DNA of 64,000 bases, taken from an uncultured Candidatus Saccharibacteria bacterium (lineage in GTDB: Bacteria; Patescibacteriota; Minisyncoccia; UBA6257; 2-01-FULL-56-20). Both the position numbers and the translations under genes were made by a program. The stretch is taken from NCBI GenBank assembly GCA_964365185.1, contig CAYIOP010000001.1, positions 180,579-244,578 of the forward strand. The letters are read 5' to 3'. The notes below the pieces were generated by a model, which saw nothing but the letters and a program-made list of their open reading frames with translations, was not told the DNA's origin and did not search any database. Shown piece after piece: positions 48,265 to 56,877 of the stretch (positions are counted from its first letter, which is position 1; the number at the start of each line of letters is the position of its first letter).

Positions 48265-51041
48265 ATGAGTGAACTTGGACCGAGATACGATCACAAAGAA
48301 ATTGAAGATAAGATTTATAAACTCTGGGAGAAATCCGGGTATTTCTCCGCCGAAGGCGGATCCGCCTCTGGCGGAAATCCTGATAAGCGCAAACCCTATT
48401 CAATAATTATGCCGCCGAATAATGCGAACGGCTCGCTGCATTTGGGGCACGCGGTAGGACTGACTTTGCAGGATATTTTAATTCGATACTGGCGGATGCA
48501 AGGTCGAAAAACGCTTTGGCTGCCGGGGGCGGATCACGCGGGATTTGAAACCCAGGTGGTGTATGACAAAAAACTGGATAAGGAAGGACGGAATAGATTT
48601 ACCATTCCCCGCGAGGAACTTTGGAGAGAAATTTGGGATTTTACACAGACCAACAAAAAATTGATGCAGGAGCAGACCAAGAAACTCGGAGCTTCTTGTG
48701 ATTGGTCGCGCGAGCGATTTACGCTGGACCCGGAAATTATAAAAGTCGTTTATGAGACCTTTGAACAGTTATATAAAGACGGCTTGGCTTACCGCGATTT
48801 AAAAGTGGTGAACTGGTGCCCTAAACATCGCACCGCGCTTTCGGATTTGGAAGTAAAATTTGTGGAGCAAGAAGACCCGCTTTATTTTATAAAATACGGA
48901 CCGCTTACGGTGGCGACAGTGCGTCCAGAGACGAAATTTGGCGACACAGGGCTCGCGGTTAATCCTAAAGACGCGCGATATAAAAAATATATAGGTAAGG
49001 AAATAGAGGCAACCGGAGTTTTGGGACCGCTTAAATTTAAAGTGATTGCGGATGAGGCGGTGGACCTAAAATTTGGCACGGGAGTGGTTAAAGTGACACC
49101 AGCACATGACCAGACGGACTTTGAAATTTGGCAAAGGCATAAAGATGAAATCCCGGGACCAAAGCAGATTATTGATGAGTTGGGGCGACTGATGACTAGT
49201 AGCGGACTCGGCGAGTACGGAGGGTTGAAAGTTATGGAAGCGCGGGAAAAGGTGGTGGAAGCAATGAAGCAAATTGGAATTTTAGAAAAAGTAGACCCGA
49301 ACTATAAACACCAAATCGCGACTTGTTATAAGTGTGGCAACACGCTTGAGCCATTGCCTAAGATGCAGTGGTTTATTCGTATGACTACTCAAGCTAAAAG
49401 CGAAAAGCTAAAAGCGAAAAGTAATGGAAAGTCGCTTAGGGATTTGGCGGTGGAGGCGGTTAAAAGCGGAAGGGTAAAATTTACGCCGAAGCGGGCGGAG
49501 AAAGTTTTCATGCACTGGATGAAAAATATTCGGGATTGGAACATATCGCGGCAGATTGTTTGGGGAATTCGGATTCCGGCGTGGTTTTGCGTTAGTTGTG
49601 GGAAAGAGAAAATTAATCCTCTTATAAAATCCAAGTGGTTTTTGGTGCGACACGGAGAAACGGATTGGAATGTTGAGGGAAGGGCAAATGGTCATACGGA
49701 TATACCGCTGAATAAAATAGGATTTCAACAAGCTAATATGGCCGCTGAAAAATTAAAAGGTGAAAATATTGATTTGGTTCTATGCTCAGATCTTAAACGA
49801 GCTTCTCAAACCGCAGAGATTATAGCTAAAAGATTAGGTGTTGAATTAATAATAGATAAAGATCTGAGAGAAAGAAACATGGGCGTTGTTGAAGGAATGT
49901 TAAGAGAGGAATGGAAACAAAAACATCCAAATATGTCAGAAAGTTTAGAAAGTAGGCCGCTAGACGGAGAAAGCTTAGGTGAATTACAAGATAGAATATT
50001 TAAAACTTTTAATAAGCACAAATCACAGCATAAACATAAAAATATTGTCCTAGTAACTCATGGCGGCTCAATTAGATCATTGTTAGGCAAACTCAGAAAT
50101 ATGAAATTTGAGGATTGGGCTCATTTACAGTCAAAAAATACCGAAATTTTTAAATTTGATATTAGCGAAGATTGTGGAAAATGTGGTTTAGATTTATACG
50201 AGCAAGACCCGGATGTTTTTGATACTTGGTTTTCGTCGGGGCAGTGGCCGTTCGCGACTCTAATGAGTCGTGAAAGTTCAAAGTTAAAAGCGAAAAGCGA
50301 AAAGTTGGGAAAGGACGATTTCAAAAATTTCTATCCGACGGATGTGATGGAAACGGGCTATGACATTTTGTTTTTCTGGGTGGCGAGGATGATTATGCTG
50401 GGGATTTACCGAACCGGCAAAGTGCCTTTTAAAAACGTCTACTTGCACGGACTAGTGCGCGACAAAGACCGGCAGAAGATGTCTAATCCAAAGGCAATGT
50501 GATTGACCCGCTGGGCGTAGCCGAGACCTACGGCACGGACGCGGTTAGAATGGCGCTCGTTGTTGGCAATACGCCCGGCAATGACATTGTGATTTCAGAG
50601 GACAAAATCCGCGGGTATCGAAATTTCGCCACGAAAATTTGGAACGTAGCCAGATTTGTGATGATGAACTCGCCCTCCAAAATTTTGCGGAGCAAAACTT
50701 GGGAGGGTAAACCTTCTTTCACTACGCAAGATAAAAAAGATTTAGCGGCGCTTAAGAAAATAAAAACACAAGTGGCTAACCATATTGAAAAATTCGAATT
50801 TCATTTGGCGAGTGAAAAAGCGTACCACTATTTCTGGCATACTTTGGCTGATAAAATAATCGAAGAGACCAAGCCTAGATTGAACAGGAAGGATTCGAAA
50901 GATGCGGCAGTGGCTTATTTTAAACTCGAGACCGTTTTGCTTGAGTCGTTAAAGATACTGCACCCTTTTATGCCGTATGTGACTGAAGAGATTTGGCAGA
51001 AATTTAGGCCGGGAACAATATTGATGATAGAAAAATACTAA
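48265..51041 (+). CDS. valS: Valyl-tRNA synthetase carrying a nested histidine-phosphatase domain and a -1 frameshift in the KMSKS codons
   Basis: Colinear with E. coli ValS: PPNNANGSLHLGHA, TLWLPGADHAGFETQVV, CP1 TVRPETKFGDTGLAVNP / GTGVVKVTPAHDQTDFEIWQRH, VFDTWFSSGQWPF, QKMSNP|KGNVIDPL, GYRNFATKIWNVARFVMMN. Reading frame 1 ends at 50502; the frame continues as 50488..51041. Confidence 0.85.
48344..48377 (+). repeat. Dispersed triple-palindrome repeat, copy E (in-frame inside valS, encoding AEGGSASGGN)
   Basis: TCTCCGCCGAAGGCGGATCCGCCTCTGGCGGAAAT. Confidence 0.65.
49642..50169 (+). other. Histidine phosphatase (phosphoglycerate-mutase-like, RHG motif) domain inserted in the ValS zinc knuckle
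   Basis: LVRHGETDWN...LVLCSDLKRASQTAEII...LVTHGGSIRSLL, ~176 aa. It is flanked by CVSCG (upstream) and CGKCG (downstream). Confidence 0.7.
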
Positions 51042-51048
51042 AAATACT

Positions 51049-51780
51049 ATGCTTATTTTAGCAATTATTTTAGGACTACTACCGGGATTTGCTTGGCTCA
51101 TTTTTTATTTTAAGGAAGATTTGCATCCAGAGCCCAAAAAATTAGTGGCGTTGGTTTTTATCGCGGGCGCGGGAATAACTTTATTGGCCTATATCTTTCA
51201 ATGCATTTCGTTTAAGGGATTTTTCCCAAGCGAGGGTTGCGGGCTGGGACTGGATGCGGCCATAGCCAACTCCCCTGTTTTAAAAGGGATACTTTTGATT
51301 CTTGTTCTTGCAGTAATTGAAGAAGTTTTGAAATTCGGAGCCGCATATTTAGTGGTCAATAAAAGCGCTAATTTTGACGAACCAGTGGACGCAATGATTT
51401 ATCCGGTGGTGGCGGCCTTGGGTTTTGCCACAGTCGAGAATTTCGCGGTAGCTTATCAACTATTACATACTGGAGGTTTAAATGGAGAAATAACATCGAT
51501 AGTTGGCGCGTTTAGAGCAATTTCTCTTAGATTTACCGGAGCTACCCTACTACATGCTTTAACTTCAGGAATAGTGGGTTATTTTTGGGCTAAATCCATA
51601 AGAAATTTTGAGAAAAAACGGATGATTTTTACCGGGTTAATACTGGCCACCGTGTTGCACGCGATTTTTAATTACCTTATAATTGAATTTGACGATCGAA
51701 TTTATACAGCTTTATTTCTGATTATTATTGGATTTTTTGTTATAGCTGATTTTGAAAAATTAAAGCGGCGAAAAATATAA
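51049..51780 (+). CDS. PrsW-family intramembrane protease-like protein
   Basis: Polytopic membrane protein with EEVLKFGAAY, FATVENF and LHAxxN-type motifs characteristic of the PrsW/CPBP-like family. Confidence 0.55.
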   Translation: MLILAIILGLLPGFAWLIFYFKEDLHPEPKKLVALVFIAGAGITLLAYIFQCISFKGFFPSEGCGLGLDAAIANSPVLKGILLILVLAVIEEVLKFGAAYLVVNKSANFDEPVDAMIYPVVAALGFATVENFAVAYQLLHTGGLNGEITSIVGAFRAISLRFTGATLLHALTSGIVGYFWAKSIRNFEKKRMIFTGLILATVLHAIFNYLIIEFDDRIYTALFLIIIGFFVIADFEKLKRRKI

Positions 51781-51781
51781 A

Positions 51782-52252
51782 ATGAATAACTCCGAAGAAA
51801 AATTTTTTGAGGAATATGCGGAACACAACGCCAACGAAGGAGAGGCGGAATTAGTGGGCGCCAATACCCTAAATAGCAAAATGAAAGTGAATTCTAAAAA
51901 AGCCGAATTAGAAATCGATTCCGAACCAGAAGGCCAGCTCACAATTGACGTCTATCAAACGCCAACGGAAATAGTGGTTGAGTCGGCGGTGGCTGGAGTG
52001 AGCCCTGATGACTTAGACATTAATGTGACCGCGGATTCGGTATCGATTGTGGGCCGAAGAAAAAGAGAAAAACAAGTGAGCGAAGAAAATTATATTTACC
52101 AAGAATGTTACTGGGGCAAATTTTCGCGATCAATAATTCTCCCCCAGGAAGTTGATCCGGATGAAGCATCGGTTGATTTTAAAAATGGAATTCTTTCTAT
52201 CCACTTGCCAAAACTTAACCGTAAAAAAGCTAAGAAATTAAAGGTAGGGTAA
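51782..52252 (+). CDS. Hsp20/alpha-crystallin family small heat-shock protein
   Basis: Alpha-crystallin domain (…GILSIHLPK) ~90 aa from the C-terminus. Confidence 0.85.
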   Translation: MNNSEEKFFEEYAEHNANEGEAELVGANTLNSKMKVNSKKAELEIDSEPEGQLTIDVYQTPTEIVVESAVAGVSPDDLDINVTADSVSIVGRRKREKQVSEENYIYQECYWGKFSRSIILPQEVDPDEASVDFKNGILSIHLPKLNRKKAKKLKVG

Positions 52253-52298
52253 ACTTAGAAGTTAGAAATTAGGAGTTAGAATGATTAGAAATGAGTTG

Positions 52299-52337
52299 AC
52301 CCCTGTACTAATTTTATTAGTTCAGGGGTTGATTTTT
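52299..52337 (+). terminator. Intrinsic terminator after hsp20
   Basis: ACCCCTG-17 nt loop-CAGGGGT followed by TGATTTTT. Confidence 0.5.
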
Positions 52338-52364
52338 ACTCTGTAATAAGATAAGATTAGCCCC

Positions 52365-52553
52365 ATGCGAAAGTGTGAAATTTGCGGCCGGGGTTCAGTG
52401 ATGCAAGGCAAGAGAAAACTGCTTCGTGGCCACTATAATCCAGTCAATTATTTAAGAAAATATCCCAATCTCCAAAAAACTAAACTTCCGGACGGAAAGG
52501 GGGTTTTGGCGTGTACGCGATGTATGAGGACGCTTCAAAAAACTCCTAGATAA
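52365..52553 (+). CDS. rpmB: 50S ribosomal protein L28 (zinc-ribbon form)
   Basis: MRKCEICGRG...NLQKTKL..ACTRCMR. The L28 pattern includes CxxC...CxxC. Confidence 0.7.
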   Translation: MRKCEICGRGSVMQGKRKLLRGHYNPVNYLRKYPNLQKTKLPDGKGVLACTRCMRTLQKTPR

Positions 52554-52591
52554 GGTAGGTTTTTTAAATTTTTTCGGTAGTTAAATTTCTA

Positions 52592-52662
52592 CGGGCTGTA
52601 GTATAACGGCAGTATACACCCTTGGGGTGGGTGCGACCCGGGTTCAATTCCCGGCAGCCCGA
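52592..52662 (+). tRNA. tRNA-Pro (anticodon GGG)
   Basis: CGGGCTG/CAGCCCG acceptor, anticodon arm CACCC-TTGGGGT-GGGTG, T-arm CCGGGTTCAATTCCCGG. Confidence 0.7.
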
Positions 52663-52744
52663 CACTAGATTTTGTTGACGAACTTAAGAGTTTACAAAAT
52701 CTTGTGTCCCGTCTTAGGCGGGGCAACAATAAATTCAAGAAAAA

Positions 52745-53401
52745 ATGTTCGATCTTACAGCGTTAATTCAGGCGGTTGGCTATGTGGGGATATTTGGAAT
52801 TGTTTTTGCTGAATCAGGTATTTTCTTGGGTCTTTTTTTGCCGGGCGATTCCTTGCTTTTTACCAGCGGTCTTTTGGTTTATAAAGGAATTCTTAACTTC
52901 GAAATACTCGCAATCGTAACTTTTTTAGCGGCGATTTTGGGTGATAGTTTTGGATATGCTTTTGGCCGGCGAGTGGGCCCGGCAATATTTAAGAAAGAGG
53001 ATTCGATTTTATTTCATAAAGACCATCTGGAAAGAGCTAAGAAATTTTATGAAAAGCACGGCGGCAAAGCTATTATTTTGGCCCGCTTTATGCCGATTAT
53101 AAGAACTTTTGCTCCAATTTTGGCTGGAGTCGGCGGAATGAAATACTCAAGATTTATTTTTTTTAACGTTGTCGGCGCTTTCTTGTGGAGTTTAGGACTT
53201 ATCACTCTAGGTTACTATCTAGGAGCTTTAATACCTAATATCGAATATTTTATATTACCGATTATAGCGTTAATTATTTTGGCATCGATTTCACCGACTA
53301 TAATTGCCTTAATCAAAAATGAAAATTATCGAAGAGAGGGATGGAAACAAATCAAAGATTTTTATTTAAAAGTAAGAAATCGCAAAAAAAACAACCAATA
53401 G
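52745..53401 (+). CDS. DedA-family (SNARE-associated) membrane protein
   Basis: The typical DedA sequence includes GDSLLFTSG and IIRTFAPILAG. Confidence 0.7.
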   Translation: MFDLTALIQAVGYVGIFGIVFAESGIFLGLFLPGDSLLFTSGLLVYKGILNFEILAIVTFLAAILGDSFGYAFGRRVGPAIFKKEDSILFHKDHLERAKKFYEKHGGKAIILARFMPIIRTFAPILAGVGGMKYSRFIFFNVVGAFLWSLGLITLGYYLGALIPNIEYFILPIIALIILASISPTIIALIKNENYRREGWKQIKDFYLKVRNRKKNNQ

Positions 53402-53653
53402 AAATCCCGCCCAGATATCCGGCCTTTCGCCAGTCCTAAATTAAAAACTTAGGTTGGGAACTCACTTTTAGCGAGCTGGATAACCAACAAGCCAGAAGTC
53501 AAGTTATCCCCTAATTAATTATTTGATCCGGAATCTTAGGCGGGATTCCTAATTCTATTATAGCACTAATTTTTTAAAAATTTGGAAAACTCTGTGGAAA
53601 AAAAACCGAGCAACTAGCTTTAATTTAAGGAGGGGGTTCTTATCCTCTCTGGC

Positions 53654-54085
53654 CTAACTAACTGATTTTGAATCAAGCTTACGCTTCAAGTAAATTAAAC
53701 CTAAAGAAGCTGCGGTGACGCTGCCTAAAAGATCTAAGAAAAGATCGAAAAGAGTATCAGGAAGAACCAGTGGGTTTGGCGCGAAATTTAGGGGGTGTCT
53801 TTTTAATAGATAGACATCGGCTAAATATTCGTAGAATTCCCAAAGCACGCCCACTAAAGCAACGAACCCTAAAATAATAATCAATTTTGTGAAAAAATGG
53901 GTGTTGTCTCCAAAAATATGATTTTTAACAAAGGCAAAGTAAATAAAAAAAAGAGCTACCCAAACACCCCCCGAAAAATGCAGGAGATCGTCGAGATACC
54001 AGATAGAATCATACCAATCGAAATATCCGGCAATAATATGAACAACTGCTATTACAAAGAACAAGATCAAAATCAGTCGTTTCAT
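53654..54085 (-). CDS. Hypothetical polytopic membrane protein
   Basis: 143 aa with 4 hydrophobic helices. No recognisable motif. Confidence 0.4.
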   Translation of the reverse strand: MKRLILILFFVIAVVHIIAGYFDWYDSIWYLDDLLHFSGGVWVALFFIYFAFVKNHIFGDNTHFFTKLIIILGFVALVGVLWEFYEYLADVYLLKRHPLNFAPNPLVLPDTLFDLFLDLLGSVTAASLGLIYLKRKLDSKSVS

Positions 54086-54107
54086 GAGTAAATTGTGGAG
54101 AAAAAAA

Positions 54108-54192
54108 CTACCGCTTCTTCCATTGTGGGTCGTCCGCTAGGACTCCTTCAAAACCCTCGGTTTTGAATAATTTCCTACTCGGGAAACCGACG
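54108..54192 (-). other. Degenerate tandem duplicate of the rpsI 3' end (encodes ...VGFPSRKLFKTEGFEGVLADDPQWKKR*)
   Basis: Aligns with the rpsI C-terminus SGFPSGRKKKYGLKKARRAPQWKKR* at ~60-65% nucleotide identity. It lies ~30 nt downstream of the real stop. Confidence 0.5.
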
Positions 54193-54226
54193 TTTTCCCG
54201 ACCCCTTTCCTCCGCAATGCGAAAAA

Positions 54227-54703
54227 CTAACGTTTTTTCCATTGCGGTGCCCGCCTGGCCTTTTTCAAACCGTATTTTTTTCTTTCTACCGCTCGGGAAT
54301 CCCGAGTAAGAAATCCTAGCCCTCGTAATCTTTTTTTGAAATCAGAATTTAAATTTACCAGAGCTCGAGAGAGACCGTGACGAACAGCTTCAGCTTGAGC
54401 CTTAAGGCCACCTCCATGAATATTCACGGTGATATGAAATTTTTCTTCAAGTTTAAGATTAGCAATGGGAGACAACGCCATTTCCTGTAATTCTCCCGGC
54501 TTGAAGTATTCAGAAATCTTTTTGTCGTTAATGCGGGCATCACCGCGACCGCTCATGATTCTTACTCGAGCGATAGCTGTTTTACGCCGGCCAACCCCTT
54601 CAAAATATCGTCCATCAGAAGAACTGGTTGGTTCTTTTTTTTCGGCTTTATTCTGATCTTCATCAGCAGAAATTTTGCTTTTTCTAATCATATTATTCTT
54701 CAA
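54227..54703 (-). CDS. rpsI: 30S ribosomal protein S9 (with ~35-aa N-terminal extension)
   Basis: C-terminal GRRKTAIARV ... KARRAPQWKKR. Confidence 0.85.
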   Translation of the reverse strand: MKNNMIRKSKISADEDQNKAEKKEPTSSSDGRYFEGVGRRKTAIARVRIMSGRGDARINDKKISEYFKPGELQEMALSPIANLKLEEKFHITVNIHGGGLKAQAEAVRHGLSRALVNLNSDFKKRLRGLGFLTRDSRAVERKKYGLKKARRAPQWKKR

Positions 54704-55034
54704 AAATTAAATGGTGAAGACGCTTTTGGTTTAACAAATTTTTAGGCAACATTCGGCGCACGGTTTCCTGAATGACTTTCTTAGGATTTTTAGTAAAGGC
54801 CTGATCGAAAGTTAACGACTTTAAATGACCGACATAACCGGTATGGCGATGATACACTTTTTCCTTGAATTTACGGCCGGTTAAAACAATATTTTTATAG
54901 TTTTTTAAAATAACCCTGTCAGAACCAATTAAACGAGGATCATAAGCAGGGCTTTGCTTGCCCTGAAGAATAACGGCGATTTCCGAAGCCAGACGGCCAA
55001 GTTTTTTATTTTTAGCATCAATGTGAAAATCCAT
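54693..55034 (-). CDS. rplM: 50S ribosomal protein L13 (short, 113 aa)
   Basis: N-terminal L13 pattern (IDAKNKKLGRLASEIAVILQGK...). The ORF ends ~25 aa before the usual L13 C-terminus and overlaps the rpsI start by 11 nt. Confidence 0.8.
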   Translation of the reverse strand: MDFHIDAKNKKLGRLASEIAVILQGKQSPAYDPRLIGSDRVILKNYKNIVLTGRKFKEKVYHRHTGYVGHLKSLTFDQAFTKNPKKVIQETVRRMLPKNLLNQKRLHHLIFEE

Positions 55035-55039
55035 AATAA

Positions 55040-55399
55040 TTATTCTTGAATAAATTCAATAGTGGCCAAAGGAGCGCCATCTCTTTTTCGGGATTTTCCA
55101 ACTTTAACAATTCTTAAATAGCCACCGGGCCGATTTTGATATCGCGGAGCGATAATATCAAGAAGTTTTTTTACGGTTTTTGGATTTTGAAGTCGGGAAG
55201 AAATGAGTCGGCGACTGGCGAGATTTTGCTTTCTGGCTAAGGTAACCATTTTTTCAACCATTGGTCGGATGGCTTTGGCGCGGGTTTCGGTTGTTTCAAT
55301 TTTGCCTCGTGTAATCAGATTATTAGCCAAATTCCTCAGAAAAGATTTTCGGCGACCTGAAAGTCGCCCGAATTTTTTACCTTTTTTTAAGTGACGCAT
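55040..55399 (-). CDS. rplQ: 50S ribosomal protein L17
   Basis: L17 family sequence. Confidence 0.85.
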   Translation of the reverse strand: MRHLKKGKKFGRLSGRRKSFLRNLANNLITRGKIETTETRAKAIRPMVEKMVTLARKQNLASRRLISSRLQNPKTVKKLLDIIAPRYQNRPGGYLRIVKVGKSRKRDGAPLATIEFIQE

Positions 55400-55407
55400 A
55401 TCGGAAA

Positions 55408-56205
55408 TTATTCAGATTTTTTGCCGGAAGCTTTCTTTTTGGATTTGGTTTTTTCCTCTTTTTCGGCTTTGGTTCCAACTTTAGGAAAACTCAGAAGTTC
55501 AAATTCCTGAACAGCGACTTCGGAAATGGTTTTGAAATGATCGTTTAAAATATTCGATGCTTTCCTTAGCGCCGAAGATGGGCTAATAGTGCCATCGGTT
55601 TCGATTTCTAGTCGCAGACGGTTATAGTTGGTTCTGTCGCCAACGCGCATATCTTCGATTGAATAACTGACATTAGAGACGGGCGAGAAAAAGGCGTCGA
55701 TAGCAATGGTGCCAATCGCCAATTTTTCTTCTTCTTTTCTTGATTCAACAGCTGAATAACCTAATCCCCTTTCAACTTTTATTTCGATATCCAATTCAGC
55801 GTGTTTATCGGTGATGGTAGCGATAGTTTCGCTGGGATTTAAAATGATGATATTGGAATTAATTTTAATATCGGAAGCGGTAACGTCTTTAATCCCTTTC
55901 ACTTTTAAAAGCAAGGTTTGGGGTTCATCAACATTCATATGGAACCTGATTTTTTTGAAGTTCAAGCTTAATTCAACCATATCCTCTTTAATGCCGGGGA
56001 GGGTTGAAAATTCGTGGGAAACTCCTTTAATTTTAATTTGAGTGATAGCCGCGCCAGGCAAAGAAGACAAAAGAACTCTTCTTAAAGTATTGGCGATGGT
56101 TAGGCCATAACCGGCAAAAAGACCCTCAATTTCAAAAACGCCAGATTTCTGATTCTCAGAAACAGTTTTAATAGAAACAGATTTACTTAAATAACTCCAG
56201 TACAT
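55408..56205 (-). CDS. rpoA: DNA-directed RNA polymerase alpha subunit (N-terminal domain only; no alpha-CTD)
   Basis: The alpha-NTD pattern is conserved. It ends after a Lys/Glu-rich tail at 265 aa. Confidence 0.8.
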   Translation of the reverse strand: MYWSYLSKSVSIKTVSENQKSGVFEIEGLFAGYGLTIANTLRRVLLSSLPGAAITQIKIKGVSHEFSTLPGIKEDMVELSLNFKKIRFHMNVDEPQTLLLKVKGIKDVTASDIKINSNIIILNPSETIATITDKHAELDIEIKVERGLGYSAVESRKEEEKLAIGTIAIDAFFSPVSNVSYSIEDMRVGDRTNYNRLRLEIETDGTISPSSALRKASNILNDHFKTISEVAVQEFELLSFPKVGTKAEKEEKTKSKKKASGKKSE

Positions 56206-56211
56206 TTTTTA

Positions 56212-56832
56212 TTATTTAGAAAATGATTCGACTAAAAGATTGATTTCTAGGTGGGGAGAGGCCTCTTCGGGGAATTTAATTATTGTACCTTCTACTTTTT
56301 CTTTATCCAGAGATAACCAAGCGGCTGGTTCATATTTTTTGATGCGGTCCTTCATTTCGTTAAACCACTTTAATTTTTTTGAATCTTCTCTGAAACCGAT
56401 AATATCATGGATTTTGACTTGGTAACCCGGAGACCTTACTCGATGACCATTTATGGTGACGTGGCCGTGAATAATCATTTGTCTTGAGGTGGCACGAGAA
56501 GAAAAAAATCCCAAGCTAAAAATAACATTATCTAACCGACGTTCTAGAAGCTCCATAATTTTGGCGGTGGTAGAACCGGTTTCTTTTTCAGCTTGTTTAA
56601 ACAATCTTAAAAGATTTTTCTCGTTTAAGCCATAGGTTAATTTAAATTTTTGTTTTTCGGCGAGTTGCCGGCCAAATTCAGAAAGAGCGCGGCGCCTTTT
56701 ACTTACTGGACCGTGCATGCCAGGCGGATACGGCTTTCTAACAGCCGCGCATTTAGGAGAATTGCAGCGCTCCCCTTTTAGACCAAGGCGAACTCCTAGG
56801 GCACGTTCTCTTTTTTCTTTTACTTTAGGCAT
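56212..56832 (-). CDS. rpsD: 30S ribosomal protein S4
   Basis: S4 N-terminal Zn-like CNSPKC and an S4 RNA-binding domain. Confidence 0.9.
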   Translation of the reverse strand: MPKVKEKRERALGVRLGLKGERCNSPKCAAVRKPYPPGMHGPVSKRRRALSEFGRQLAEKQKFKLTYGLNEKNLLRLFKQAEKETGSTTAKIMELLERRLDNVIFSLGFFSSRATSRQMIIHGHVTINGHRVRSPGYQVKIHDIIGFREDSKKLKWFNEMKDRIKKYEPAAWLSLDKEKVEGTIIKFPEEASPHLEINLLVESFSK

Positions 56833-56877
56833 AAAAATAGGTTAGAGGTTTTAGGTGATAGGTTAATAGTTAATTGA

